A stretch of DNA of 64,000 nt, taken from assembly GCA_003233455.1 (NCBI GenBank), contig QILQ01000043.1:442-64441 (forward strand), written 5' to 3'. The notes beneath the pieces were generated by a model. That model did not search any database. It was given only the letters and a program-made list of their open reading frames with translations, and was not told the DNA's origin. This DNA is from Candidatus Zambryskiibacteriota bacterium. Its GTDB lineage: Bacteria > Patescibacteriota > Minisyncoccia > Phycocordibacterales > WO2-35-19. Positions 19,829-29,172 of the stretch are shown here, piece by piece (positions within the stretch are counted from its first letter, which is position 1; the number at the start of each line of letters is the position of its first letter). The position numbers and the translations under genes were made by a program.

Positions 19829-20461
19829 ATGAAATTTACATTAGCTAAAAAAGTAAATATGACCCAGATTTTTGGGGAAGATGGTAAAGTGACGGCAGTG
19901 ACTGTTTTGAATGTGGAGCCTATAGTGGTTTCTCAAATTAAAACTAAAGAAAAAGATGGTTATAGTGCGGTACAGGTAGGCACTGGTTCTCGCAGAGAAA
20001 AAAACACTCCAAAACCTGTTTTAGGACATTTGAAGGATGTTCCTATGCCTGAAGGAAAGAAGGGAAGTTTCGCTGTTCTTAAAGAATTTAGATTAGAGGA
20101 TACTTCTTCTTTAAACAAAGGGGATAATATGGAGGTAGATACTTTTACTATTGGCGATAAAATTGCTGTTTCTGCTATATCAAAAGGTAAAGGTTTTCAA
20201 GGAGTGGTTAAAAGACATGGCTTCCATGGTGGTCCTCGTTCTCATGGACAAAAACATTCTGAAAGAGAGCCGGGTTCTATTGGTGCCACCGGACCTCAGA
20301 GAGTTTTTAAAGGAGTAAAAATGGCTGGTCGGATGGGAAGCGATAAGGTAACGGTGAAAAATTTAAAAGTGGTTGCCATAGATAAAGAAAACAATATAAT
20401 GATGGTCTCCGGTGCGGTGCCGGGCAGAAGAGGAACACTGGTTGAAATTCGCTCAGTTTGA
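19829..20461 (+). CDS. rplC: 50S ribosomal protein L3
   Basis: SKGKGFQGVVKRHGF, KMAGRMG. Confidence 0.98.
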   Translation: MKFTLAKKVNMTQIFGEDGKVTAVTVLNVEPIVVSQIKTKEKDGYSAVQVGTGSRREKNTPKPVLGHLKDVPMPEGKKGSFAVLKEFRLEDTSSLNKGDNMEVDTFTIGDKIAVSAISKGKGFQGVVKRHGFHGGPRSHGQKHSEREPGSIGATGPQRVFKGVKMAGRMGSDKVTVKNLKVVAIDKENNIMMVSGAVPGRRGTLVEIRSV

Positions 20462-20516
20462 AAATTTTAAAATTGATACATTTAATGAAAATTCTAAATT
20501 GAAAATTTAAATCATC

Positions 20517-21176
20517 ATGGAAGCGACAATATATAATCAAACAGGTAAAGAAGAAGGAAAAATAAAACTTCCGGAAAAAGTTTTCGGTTTATCTTGGAAT
20601 ACAGATTTGGTGCATCAAGTAGCCACTTCTATGATGGCAAACAAAAGAATTCCTATCGCTCATACAAAAAACAGAGGTGAAGTTTCTGGTGGTGGCAAAA
20701 AACCATGGAGACAAAAAGGCACCGGCAGAGCTAGACATGGTTCAAGAAGAAGTCCTATTTGGGTTGGTGGTGGAGTTACTCATGGACCCAGAAATGACAA
20801 AGACTATTCAAAAAAAATCAATAAAAAAATGAAAGTCAAAGCTCTTTTTACGGTGCTTTCTCGCAAATTCAAGGAGGGAGAAGTGATTTTTATTGATAAT
20901 ATTTCTTTGAAAGCTCCAAAAACAAAAGAAGCGAAAAATATAATAAATTCTTTATCAAAAATAAAAGAATTAAGTTCTATCACCAGAAGAAAAAATGCCG
21001 CCTTTATCGCTCTTCAACAAAAAAATGAAAATATTTTAAAAAGTTTTAGTAATTTTGGTAATTTAGAAATCGGTCAATTGAAGGATTTGAATGTTTTAGA
21101 CCTTTTGCAATACAGATATCTTGTTGTGACTGATCCGGAAAAATCAATAACAATTCTTTCTTCCAAGATAAAATAA
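20517..21176 (+). CDS. rplD: 50S ribosomal protein L4
   Basis: KPWRQKGTGRARHGS. Confidence 0.98.
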   Translation: MEATIYNQTGKEEGKIKLPEKVFGLSWNTDLVHQVATSMMANKRIPIAHTKNRGEVSGGGKKPWRQKGTGRARHGSRRSPIWVGGGVTHGPRNDKDYSKKINKKMKVKALFTVLSRKFKEGEVIFIDNISLKAPKTKEAKNIINSLSKIKELSSITRRKNAAFIALQQKNENILKSFSNFGNLEIGQLKDLNVLDLLQYRYLVVTDPEKSITILSSKIK

Positions 21177-21181
21177 AAATT

Positions 21182-21469
21182 ATGACAATAGATTTAAAAG
21201 CAAAATACGCGAATATTTTATTAAGACCCCGTATTACCGAGAAGGCTAATTCTATGGCAGATAAAAATATTCACACTTTTGAAATTGCGTCAAAGGCGAC
21301 CAAAAAACAGGTTATTGAAACAATTAAAGCTTTTTATAAAATTTCTCCCGTGAAAGTGAATATCGTTAAAAATCCCGCCAAGAAAGTTTTTATAAAAGGA
21401 AAGAAAGGTGTTAAAACAGGAGTGAAAAAAGCTTATGTCTATTTAAAAGAAGGAGATAAGATAGAATAG
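21182..21469 (+). CDS. rplW: 50S ribosomal protein L23
   Basis: PRITEKA, KKAYVYLKEG. Confidence 0.96.
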   Translation: MTIDLKAKYANILLRPRITEKANSMADKNIHTFEIASKATKKQVIETIKAFYKISPVKVNIVKNPAKKVFIKGKKGVKTGVKKAYVYLKEGDKIE

Positions 21470-21483
21470 TTCAAAATAAAAAT

Positions 21484-22332
21484 ATGGCAATAAAAAATTA
21501 CAAACCAACATCAAAATCAAGGAGACATATGTCTATTGTCTCTTATAAATCTATTTTAACTAAAAACAAACCTCTAAAAGCTCTCACTTCCGGCGTGAAG
21601 AGATCTGTCGGACGAAATAATGCGGGCAGGATAACAACGCGTCATAAAGGTGGCGGTCATAAGAGATTATTTAGAGAGATTGATTTTAAATACAACAAAA
21701 TCAATATTCCTTATAAAATAACTTCTGTGGAATATGACCCAAATCGCACCGGGTTTATCGGTATTGCTGTTTATGAAGATGGCGAGAAAAGATATATTCT
21801 TTTGCCAAAAAATATTAAAGTTGGCGAAAAACTTTTAACAGGAGAAAAGGCGGAAATAAAACAAGGTAATAGATTACCGTTAAAGAGTATACCGACTGGC
21901 GCTTTTGTTTATAATGTGGAACTAAAACCTCTTGGGGGAGCGAGAATTGCTCGTTCAGCCGGCAATTTTGTTCAAGTATTGGCTAAGGATGCTGGTTATG
22001 TTGATTTAAAAATGCCATCTAGTGAAATACGCAAAGTGAAAGAAACTTGTTGGGCCAGTATTGGCACGGTTTCAAATGAAGAAAAAAGACTTGAAAATTA
22101 TGGAAAGGCCGGAAAAAGCAGGTGGAAAGGTATTCGTCCAACAGTACGAGGTACCGCAATGAATCCGGTTGACCATCCGCATGGTGGCGGTGAAGGTAGG
22201 CAAGGCAGAGGCAGGAAACGAGCGGTTTCTAAATGGGGTAAACCAACCGGTAAAGGTCAAAAATCGCGACGCACTAAAAAATATTCTGATAAATTTATTA
22301 TTAGCAGAAGAAAAGTAGGCAAGAAGAGATAA
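21484..22332 (+). CDS. rplB: 50S ribosomal protein L2
   Basis: EYDPNRT, RGTAMNPVDHPHGGGEG. Confidence 0.99.
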   Translation: MAIKNYKPTSKSRRHMSIVSYKSILTKNKPLKALTSGVKRSVGRNNAGRITTRHKGGGHKRLFREIDFKYNKINIPYKITSVEYDPNRTGFIGIAVYEDGEKRYILLPKNIKVGEKLLTGEKAEIKQGNRLPLKSIPTGAFVYNVELKPLGGARIARSAGNFVQVLAKDAGYVDLKMPSSEIRKVKETCWASIGTVSNEEKRLENYGKAGKSRWKGIRPTVRGTAMNPVDHPHGGGEGRQGRGRKRAVSKWGKPTGKGQKSRRTKKYSDKFIISRRKVGKKR

Positions 22333-22334
22333 TT

Positions 22335-22742
22335 ATGAATAATATAAAAATTTCACTGATTGATATTGATAAAAGAAAAAAGCTGAATATAAGATCCGGA
22401 GATACAGCGCGTGTTACTCAAAAAATAATTGAAAAAGATAAAAAGACCGGCAAGCCAAAAACCAGATTGCAGGATTTTGAAGGATTATGTTTGGCAGTCA
22501 AGCACGGTAAAGAAGCCGGAGGCACTTTTACTTTGAGAAAAGTGGCGTCAGGGGTGGGAGTTGAAAGAATTTTTCCAATTTATTCTCCAATGATAGAAAA
22601 AATAAAAATAATTAAACGCTCCAAAGTTCGTCGCGCCAAACTTTATCATATTCGTGATAAAGCGGCTAAAGAAATTCGTCGTCAAATGAGAAATGTCAGA
22701 GCTTTACCTAAAGTGGAAGAAATTGAACTTGACACAAAATAA
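22335..22742 (+). CDS. rplS: 50S ribosomal protein L19
   Basis: RLQDFEG, RKVASGVGVERIFP, KVRRAKLY. Confidence 0.96.
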   Translation: MNNIKISLIDIDKRKKLNIRSGDTARVTQKIIEKDKKTGKPKTRLQDFEGLCLAVKHGKEAGGTFTLRKVASGVGVERIFPIYSPMIEKIKIIKRSKVRRAKLYHIRDKAAKEIRRQMRNVRALPKVEEIELDTK

Positions 22743-22841
22743 CTCCTTCACTCATTCATTCACTCACTCTTCATTTTTGGTCTACTAATGGGAACACCTC
22801 ACCCCTCGCTTCGCGTAGGAGAGGGGAAAGAAAAACTTAAC
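22727..22841 (+). repeat. Direct repeat C, copy 1 (includes the rplS stop and a BoxC-like element)
   Basis: 115 bp identical to 23667-23784 apart from a 3-nt indel. Confidence 0.95.
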
Positions 22842-22893
22842 TAAATCACTTTAAGGCGTAGAAATTCAAACAAAGATTATGTAGCGGCACAAG

Positions 22894-23541
22894 TTAAAGC
22901 ACTTTTAGATTTTCTGCAATTTTTAACATTTCAGAAATACTCTTGTCTTCTAATGATTCTTTCACATTATTCCAAAGAGCAAGATTTGTTTTTGCCCAAT
23001 TCAAATATTTTGTTTTTGCTAAATCAGTATAAAAATAAATTCCTTCGTCCAGTAATTTATTTTGTTCAGAAGTAATTTTATTTGCTAGCTTTTGTATATC
23101 TATTTTATTTTGTTTGATATAATTATTTGTAAATAAAATTGGTGTAATTGGTAAAGACTTGAACAAAGTATCGGCATCACTTAATGATTTTCCTTCATTT
23201 GAAATATTTTGATTTCTAATTGCAGTATGAGCTTCCATAATTATATTTTCAATTTTGATGATTTCCTCATCAGAATATCCGCTTTTAATCAAAATATTAT
23301 TACGGTAACTATTCGCTTCTTCAGGTTCAGAATTAACTTTTACAATATAATTCAAATCATGAACAAGTGCCGCTGACTCAACAAAAAATAAATTGGCGTT
23401 GATTGATTTAGCAAAAACAATTGCTTTATTTTTTACAAAAACAATATGGTGCCATCCATGAAAAAGTAGTTTTTTACTTTTTTTTAAGTATACCTTTTCA
23501 AGGTTTAAAGTTAAATTATTTATCTTGCTTTTTTGTTTCAT
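22894..23541 (-). CDS. HD-domain metal-dependent phosphohydrolase
   Basis: HGWHH..ALVHDL..EAH..LSDAD. Confidence 0.85.
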   Translation of the reverse strand: MKQKSKINNLTLNLEKVYLKKSKKLLFHGWHHIVFVKNKAIVFAKSINANLFFVESAALVHDLNYIVKVNSEPEEANSYRNNILIKSGYSDEEIIKIENIIMEAHTAIRNQNISNEGKSLSDADTLFKSLPITPILFTNNYIKQNKIDIQKLANKITSEQNKLLDEGIYFYTDLAKTKYLNWAKTNLALWNNVKESLEDKSISEMLKIAENLKVL

Positions 23542-23666
23542 AACCCAGGTGCACCAATCTTTTGTTATATATTATACAAACTCAATATATAATTATTACA
23601 TAAACTGTAAATAATCATACTATCAAGATTATTTTACTGATTTTTATAAAATTATGCAACAAAAAT

Positions 23667-23784
23667 ACTTGACACAAAATAACTCCTTCACTCATTCATT
23701 CACTCACTCTTCATTTTTGGTCTACTAATGGGAACACCTCACCCCTCGCTTCGCGTATAAGGAGAGGGGAAAGAAAAACTTAAC
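23667..23784 (+). repeat. Direct repeat C, copy 2
   Basis: Matches 22727-22841. Confidence 0.95.
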
Positions 23785-23856
23785 ATTATACTAAAATCTA
23801 GATAGGGTGAGGTGTTTGAAAAAAGATGGAAAGTAGATATACTTTGTTTGTAATTA

Positions 23857-23941
23857 GCGCGAGTGGTGGAATTGGTAGACACGCTGGCATGAGGTGCCAG
23901 TGCCGTAAGGTGTGCAGGTTCAAGTCCTGTCTCGCGCACCA
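23857..23941 (+). tRNA. tRNA-Leu(GAG)
   Basis: Cloverleaf GCGCGAG/CTCGCGC, long variable arm, GGTTCAAGTCC, encoded CCA. Confidence 0.93.
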
Positions 23942-23991
23942 AAATCGCTAACCGCTAGTAAAAATTTTCTTTATGGTATAAAGTGAGTATT

Positions 23992-24639
23992 ATGCTTTAC
24001 ACTAAAAAAGGAGATGATGGAACAACCAAAACATTCGGATGCGATCAACGGATATCAAAAAGTTCGGCGGTTGCGGAAGCTTTAGGAAATCTTGACGAAA
24101 TAAACTCATTTTTAGGTCTTTGTAAGGTTCAAGCGACTTATCTTGGTTTTAAGTTGAAGGATACGAATTTGGCTGACTTTGTTCATAATATGCAAAAAAA
24201 TCTTTTTATTATTCAAGCGGAAATAGCTGGAGCTGATAAAGTAATTACTGAAGATAAAGTTAAAGAATTAGAAGAGATTGTGGATAATATTGAAAAGGAA
24301 TTACCGCCGATAAAATCTTTTTTCATCTCTGGAGGTACATCTGATATGACCAAGTGGCAATTGGGGGGAGCGGGGCTTGGAGCTATTTTTGATATTGCTC
24401 GCGTTATTGCCAGAAGAGCCGAGAGAAGGGTAATCGTTTTAGATGAAGAAATATCCCAACCTCAACTTCCAATTTCCAAATTAAAACAAGATAAAAATAA
24501 TCCGTCAGCTGACGGAATAAAAGAAATAAGTAAACAAACTAAAGCTTATTTAAATAGACTTTCAAGTGCTCTATATGCACTGGCTCGCTATTCAAATCAT
24601 AAAGTTGGCATAATAGAAGAAGCTCCTGATTATCGGTAA
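23992..24639 (+). CDS. PduO-type ATP:cob(I)alamin adenosyltransferase
   Basis: LYTKKGDDGTT, GNLDEINS, ARRAERR, YLNRLSSALY. Confidence 0.9.
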   Translation: MLYTKKGDDGTTKTFGCDQRISKSSAVAEALGNLDEINSFLGLCKVQATYLGFKLKDTNLADFVHNMQKNLFIIQAEIAGADKVITEDKVKELEEIVDNIEKELPPIKSFFISGGTSDMTKWQLGGAGLGAIFDIARVIARRAERRVIVLDEEISQPQLPISKLKQDKNNPSADGIKEISKQTKAYLNRLSSALYALARYSNHKVGIIEEAPDYR

Positions 24640-24710
24640 TTGAGGAAAATAAAAACTGGAGAAATTGCATATTTTATGCCAAAATATCTTTTGTCGGTGT
24701 TTTTTATATT

Positions 24711-24784
24711 GGTGGTAGTAGCTCAGCTAGTAGAGCGCCGCTCTGTGGAAGCGGAGGTCGTGGGGGCAGAACCCATCTACCACC
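24711..24784 (+). tRNA. tRNA-His(GTG) with non-canonical T-loop
   Basis: 8-bp acceptor stem including G-1 (GGTGGTAG/CTACCACC); anticodon arm CCGCT-CTGTGGA-AGCGG; T-loop GGCAGAA. Confidence 0.88.
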
Positions 24785-24814
24785 CATTTTTATTTTGTAT
24801 AATATAATTATATT

Positions 24815-25198
24815 ATGAAAAGATTAATTTTTATTTTTATAATAGCTTTTGTTTTAAATTTTGTTTGGGAAAATTTACACGTAGTGTTTTACAATAATTA
24901 TTTAGGAGGAGAAATTACAAAATTTATTTTATTTCAAGCTTCTATTGTGGATGCTTTTATAATAACTTTGGTATCTCTTCCTTTTTTATATATAAAATAT
25001 TTTGAGAATAAAACATGGTTAATCATAATTTTTGGAATGATAATCTCTATATGTATTGAATGGTTCGCTTTATCTATAAATTGGTGGCAATACAGTCCAA
25101 ATATGCCGATAGTGCCTATATTGAAAATAGGTATCACTCCTATGATACAACTTGGTCTTTTGGGTTACATTTCGTATAAAATAGTGCAATCCACATAA
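24815..25198 (+). CDS. Small integral membrane protein, hypothetical
   Basis: About 4 TM; LNFVWENLH, IEWFAL..WQY..MP motifs. Confidence 0.7.
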   Translation: MKRLIFIFIIAFVLNFVWENLHVVFYNNYLGGEITKFILFQASIVDAFIITLVSLPFLYIKYFENKTWLIIIFGMIISICIEWFALSINWWQYSPNMPIVPILKIGITPMIQLGLLGYISYKIVQST

Positions 25199-25283
25199 AA
25201 AGGATGCAAGGTTTTTTATTTTGTTATAGAATATATAGTAGGAGAATTTATTTTTATTTAATTATTTAATTATTTAATTCAAT

Positions 25284-25550
25284 ATGGAATCAACAAATGA
25301 AGACTACAAACAAATGCTCACAGAAATAATCAAAAAACAGATTGTTATTTTAGGTCCTCAAATTGCGGTGCTTAAAGCTAGAGGGGTGGCTGGATTGAAA
25401 GTATCAGACGATGGAGTAGTTACTGATGTCGCCGGACCGGAACAAACTGTGTTACAACAATTGATAGATAAATATGTCGCTCTTTCAGGAGAAATTGTTA
25501 AAAATGCCGTTAATTCTATTTTTGAAAAATATCCTTCAATCAAACATTAA
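25284..25550 (+). CDS. Small soluble hypothetical protein heading the kinase operon
   Basis: 88 aa; IIKKQIVILGPQIAVLKAR; tight operonic spacing. Confidence 0.75.
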   Translation: MESTNEDYKQMLTEIIKKQIVILGPQIAVLKARGVAGLKVSDDGVVTDVAGPEQTVLQQLIDKYVALSGEIVKNAVNSIFEKYPSIKH

Positions 25551-25568
25551 TTTAATATGATTTAATAT

Positions 25569-25967
25569 ATGAAAAAATTTTTATTATTGTTGGTCGTTAT
25601 CGGGATTACGCAACCGTTGGGGGTTTTTGCTCAAACATTAAATGGGTCAATTTCTAATGATGGTTTTGCTTACGCTTCGGTATTTACCGGAAATTTTTCT
25701 CTGTTACTTTCTATTGTTATAGGAATTATAGCTACTTTTTTTGTTTTTAGGGCGGCCAAAATATTAGGAGGCGGTTTATTTGGGTCAGTTCTTAATTATA
25801 TTGGAGTCGGTATGTTTCTTGTTGTTTTGGGAACTATAGCTACTATTGCTAACAGCTGGTTTATAGATTTTTGGTTTAATATTGCCAGCACTGTCTTTTT
25901 TGCTATAGGATATATTTTTATGGTTATTGGTGCCAACAAGCTCCTTAAAGGCATAATGGATAATTAA
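25569..25967 (+). CDS. Small multi-pass membrane protein in the kinase operon
   Basis: Signal-like N-terminus plus about 3 TM; ends 1 nt before the kinase ATG. Confidence 0.75.
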   Translation: MKKFLLLLVVIGITQPLGVFAQTLNGSISNDGFAYASVFTGNFSLLLSIVIGIIATFFVFRAAKILGGGLFGSVLNYIGVGMFLVVLGTIATIANSWFIDFWFNIASTVFFAIGYIFMVIGANKLLKGIMDN

Positions 25968-25968
25968 A

Positions 25969-27732
25969 ATGAATATTGCGCTTCATTCAGGCGCCGTGAT
26001 GTATCTGTTTTTAATCTCTGCATTTTTGCTGTTGATTGTTTTTTATTTTTTTATTAGAAGAAGAGAAAAAGAGATAATAAAAGAAAAAGAAGAATCAACT
26101 CGCCACCTCTATGAACTTACTATTCTTAAAGAATTAGGAGAAAGAGTGGGATATTCCTTGGATGTGGAAGAGATTCTTCAAATTATAACAGGTTCTTTAA
26201 GGCAGTTTATAGATTATACGGCTGTTGGTTATATTGTTATCACTCCTGAAAAAGTAAAAATAAATACTCATATAGAAAAATCAGTTAGCCATTTATTTTT
26301 GAAAGAAATGAAAGAAAAAATGATAGCTTCACTTTCCGCTCTTACCGACAAATCTTTTGATGATTCCAGATTGGATGAGGCGGTTTCCGGAGCTATTGTT
26401 ATTGATGAAATGGAGCAAAATATTGGTTCTCTTTTTAATATCCCCTTAGTCATCGGGGGTAAAGTAGTTGGAGTTTTAACCGTGGCTCATATAGACTCGG
26501 GTTTGTATAAAGAAGAAGATATGACTATCTTGTATAAAATAACCGGTCAAGCTTCGGGGGCGGTTTCTCGTTTACAGGAAGTGGTTAAAATTGAAAAAGG
26601 AAAATTAAACGCTATGGTGGAAAGTATGCAAGATGGAGTTTTAATGGTTGATACTGAATATAGAATAGTAGTCGCTAATCCCGCAATTAAAAAAATTATA
26701 AAATTTAATCCGTCACCTGATGAAAATAAGGAAGTGAATATTTTTAATTTTGTAGATGCACTCGGCGGTAAATTTGATATCCACGGTAGACTGGAAGAAG
26801 CCTTGGTTAATAAAAAAACTTTTGTTTCGGAGAGAATAAACATTGACGATTCTTTTTTTGAGATTGGAGTTTCTCCGGTTTTGCATTTAATGCCAAAAGG
26901 TGGTAGTCAAATGCATGGAGCGGTGGTGGTTTTTAATGATATTACTAGAGACATTGAACTTGAAAGAGTTAGAGAGGAATTTACCGGTATGATTGTGCAT
27001 GAACTTCGTTCACCACTTGATGGTATTAAAAAAATCACAGAGTCGGCTATTTCCGGCAACATTGATAGAAATTCGGACCAATTTAAAGAATATTTGAATA
27101 TGATTTATCAAAGCTCAGCGTCAATGCTTGGATTAGTTAATGATATTTTAGACCTTTCCAAACTTCAAGCCGGTAAATTTGAAGTAAATAAAGAAAAAGC
27201 TAATATTAAGGAGGTAATAAATAATAGAATTTTATTTTATAAAATTTCGGCTGATGTTAGAAAAATATCATTGGAAGCTTATTTGGATGATAGTTTACCG
27301 GATTTTTTTGAATTTGATCCTCGAGCCTTGAAACAAATTTTAAATAATTTTATTTCTAACGCTTTAAAATTTACTTCATCTAATGGCTCGGTTTTAGTTT
27401 CCGCTTTTCTTTATGACCCTAAAGAATATTTTCCCAAAGATTTTGACAGAACAAAAGCTCCGGTATTTCCTGAAGCAAAAGATATAAATGTTAAAAAGCC
27501 TTCTTTGTGTGTGGTTGTTTCCGATACCGGTATTGGTATACCCTCGGATAATATTAAAGACTTATTTCATACTTTTAAACAAGCGAGATTAAGTCCGATA
27601 GATAAGGAAAGTAAAGGTACCGGTTTGGGTTTAGTTATTGCCAAAGGTATTGTGGAAGCTCATAATGGCACTATTGGCGTTGTTTCAAAAGAAGGGGCAG
27701 GCACCAGTTTTTTCTTTACAATTCCTTTGTAG
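25969..27732 (+). CDS. Sensor histidine kinase (TM-GAF-PAS-HisKA-HATPase)
   Basis: H-box VHELRSPL, N-box NFISNALKFT, G1 DTGIGI, G2 GTGLGL. Confidence 0.95.
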   Translation: MNIALHSGAVMYLFLISAFLLLIVFYFFIRRREKEIIKEKEESTRHLYELTILKELGERVGYSLDVEEILQIITGSLRQFIDYTAVGYIVITPEKVKINTHIEKSVSHLFLKEMKEKMIASLSALTDKSFDDSRLDEAVSGAIVIDEMEQNIGSLFNIPLVIGGKVVGVLTVAHIDSGLYKEEDMTILYKITGQASGAVSRLQEVVKIEKGKLNAMVESMQDGVLMVDTEYRIVVANPAIKKIIKFNPSPDENKEVNIFNFVDALGGKFDIHGRLEEALVNKKTFVSERINIDDSFFEIGVSPVLHLMPKGGSQMHGAVVVFNDITRDIELERVREEFTGMIVHELRSPLDGIKKITESAISGNIDRNSDQFKEYLNMIYQSSASMLGLVNDILDLSKLQAGKFEVNKEKANIKEVINNRILFYKISADVRKISLEAYLDDSLPDFFEFDPRALKQILNNFISNALKFTSSNGSVLVSAFLYDPKEYFPKDFDRTKAPVFPEAKDINVKKPSLCVVVSDTGIGIPSDNIKDLFHTFKQARLSPIDKESKGTGLGLVIAKGIVEAHNGTIGVVSKEGAGTSFFFTIPL

Positions 27733-27748
27733 CGGTTATAATATTAAT

Positions 27749-27841
27749 ATACGAAAGCTATACGAAGATTAAGAAAGAATAATAAAAATAGCTTAAAAAT
27801 TTTCGCAGTTTTTCGTAATTATTCGCATAATTTTCGTATAA
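27749..27841. repeat. Inverted array of ~9-10 nt units (TACGAA.. / ..TTCGTA)
   Basis: tatacgaaag ctatacgaag attaagaaag ... ttttcgcag tttttcgtaa ttattcgcat aattttcgta. Confidence 0.65.
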
Positions 27842-27842
27842 T

Positions 27843-28223
27843 ATGAAAAAAATACTTGTAATAGATGATGACCAATTTTTTCCAAAAACTTTAGAAGCCG
27901 CTTTGCCCAAAGCTAAATACAAATTGATTTCCGCTGAAGATGGAGAAGCTGGTTTAAAAAAACTTATATCCGAGAAACCGGATCTCATTATTCTTGATTT
28001 AATGATGCCTAAATTAGACGGCAGTGCTTTTTTAAAGAAACTTCAAGAATCAAAAGATTTGCCAAAGGTGCCAATTTTAGTTTCTTCCAATCTTTCCAGT
28101 ATTAAAAAAATAAGCGATGTAATGTCTATGGGGGTGGTGGGTTATGTGATTAAATCAGACGAGAGTATGCAGTCTATTGTTCAAGATATAGAACGAGTAT
28201 TGGGAGAAGAGGATAAAAAATAA
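27843..28223 (+). CDS. Single-domain response regulator (CheY-like)
   Basis: VIDDD, DLIILDLMMPKLDG, YVIKS; no output domain. Confidence 0.93.
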   Translation: MKKILVIDDDQFFPKTLEAALPKAKYKLISAEDGEAGLKKLISEKPDLIILDLMMPKLDGSAFLKKLQESKDLPKVPILVSSNLSSIKKISDVMSMGVVGYVIKSDESMQSIVQDIERVLGEEDKK

Positions 28224-28246
28224 TTTTCGGTTAATAAAATTTAGGA

Positions 28247-28816
28247 TTATAATATTTCAGTGATAAAACTGCCAAAGTAAACAGTTAGGATGTTGCTGGG
28301 AATAAGACCCAAAAAAGTGCCGACAATATAGTCTCTCGTTTTTATTTTAGAGACGCCCATTAAAATATTAAGGATATTAATAGGCATTATTGGCACCATT
28401 CTTAAAATAATTATATCTCCTATCGCTCCGGATTCTAATCTTTTGTTGTATTTATTTAGATATTTCAGATACTTATTTTCTAAAATATTTGCTACTCGTT
28501 CTTGACCTAATTTTCTTGAAATAGTAAAAACTATAATGGAACTTGAAAAACCGCTAAAGATTGCATAAATAAAACCATATTTAAAACCAAATAAAATACC
28601 AGAAGCAATCATAAACGGAGTGGAAGGAATAAAAATAGCACCAAATATATAAAGCAAAATAAAAATAAGAGGTGCCCAAATACCGAAACTTTGTAGATAT
28701 ATTCTTATTTTCTCTAAATCAAGATCACCTCCATATATTTGATAAATTAAAAGTGAACCGAATGTTAAAACTAAAAACACAATAAAAAAAATTTTTTGCA
28801 ATCTTTGCCATTTCAT
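28247..28816 (-). CDS. TVP38/TMEM64 (DedA/VTT) membrane protein
   Basis: FIPSTPFMIASGILFG, LRMVPIMP, GTFLGLIP. Confidence 0.9.
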   Translation of the reverse strand: MKWQRLQKIFFIVFLVLTFGSLLIYQIYGGDLDLEKIRIYLQSFGIWAPLIFILLYIFGAIFIPSTPFMIASGILFGFKYGFIYAIFSGFSSSIIVFTISRKLGQERVANILENKYLKYLNKYNKRLESGAIGDIIILRMVPIMPINILNILMGVSKIKTRDYIVGTFLGLIPSNILTVYFGSFITEIL

Positions 28817-28912
28817 ATTATTATAATAACATTATTTATAAATAATTTTAAAAATATGAAGGATGATGATAGAGAACAATATATATTAAAAAGGAGGGGG
28901 TGAGGTTTGAAT

Positions 28913-28940
28913 TTGACAAGAATTTTACTTCGTGTATAAT
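28913..28940 (+). promoter_or_regulatory. secE-nusG promoter
   Basis: TTGACA-16 bp-TATAAT. Confidence 0.75.
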
Positions 28941-28994
28941 AAACATATAATTTAATAAAGAAGCCCCGCAAGGGGTTTTTTAATAAAAAATATT

Positions 28995-29171
28995 ATGTCA
29001 TTAATTAGTTATATAAAAGAAACTAAAGGAGAATTATCTCATGTAAATTGGCCTACTAGAAGAGAAGGGATAATTTTTTCAGTAGTTGTTATTATTATTT
29101 CCATTTTAACTGCGTTATTTTTAGGTTTGTTTGATTTTGTTTTTTCTAGGATTTTAAATATATTTGTGTAA
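28995..29171 (+). CDS. secE: Preprotein translocase subunit SecE (not in the ORF track)
   Basis: MSLISYIKETKGELSHVNWPTRRE + TM + GLFDFVF; directly upstream of nusG. Confidence 0.93.
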   Translation: MSLISYIKETKGELSHVNWPTRREGIIFSVVVIIISILTALFLGLFDFVFSRILNIFV

Positions 29172-29172
29172 T

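Noticed and set aside
22850-23560. Integron cassette (attC) around the HD gene
   Set aside because: No convincing RYYYAAC/GTTRRRY pair and no integrase; the flanking direct repeats explain it better
23739-23942. 67-aa minus-strand ORF
   Set aside because: Antisense shadow of tRNA-Leu and a BoxC-like repeat
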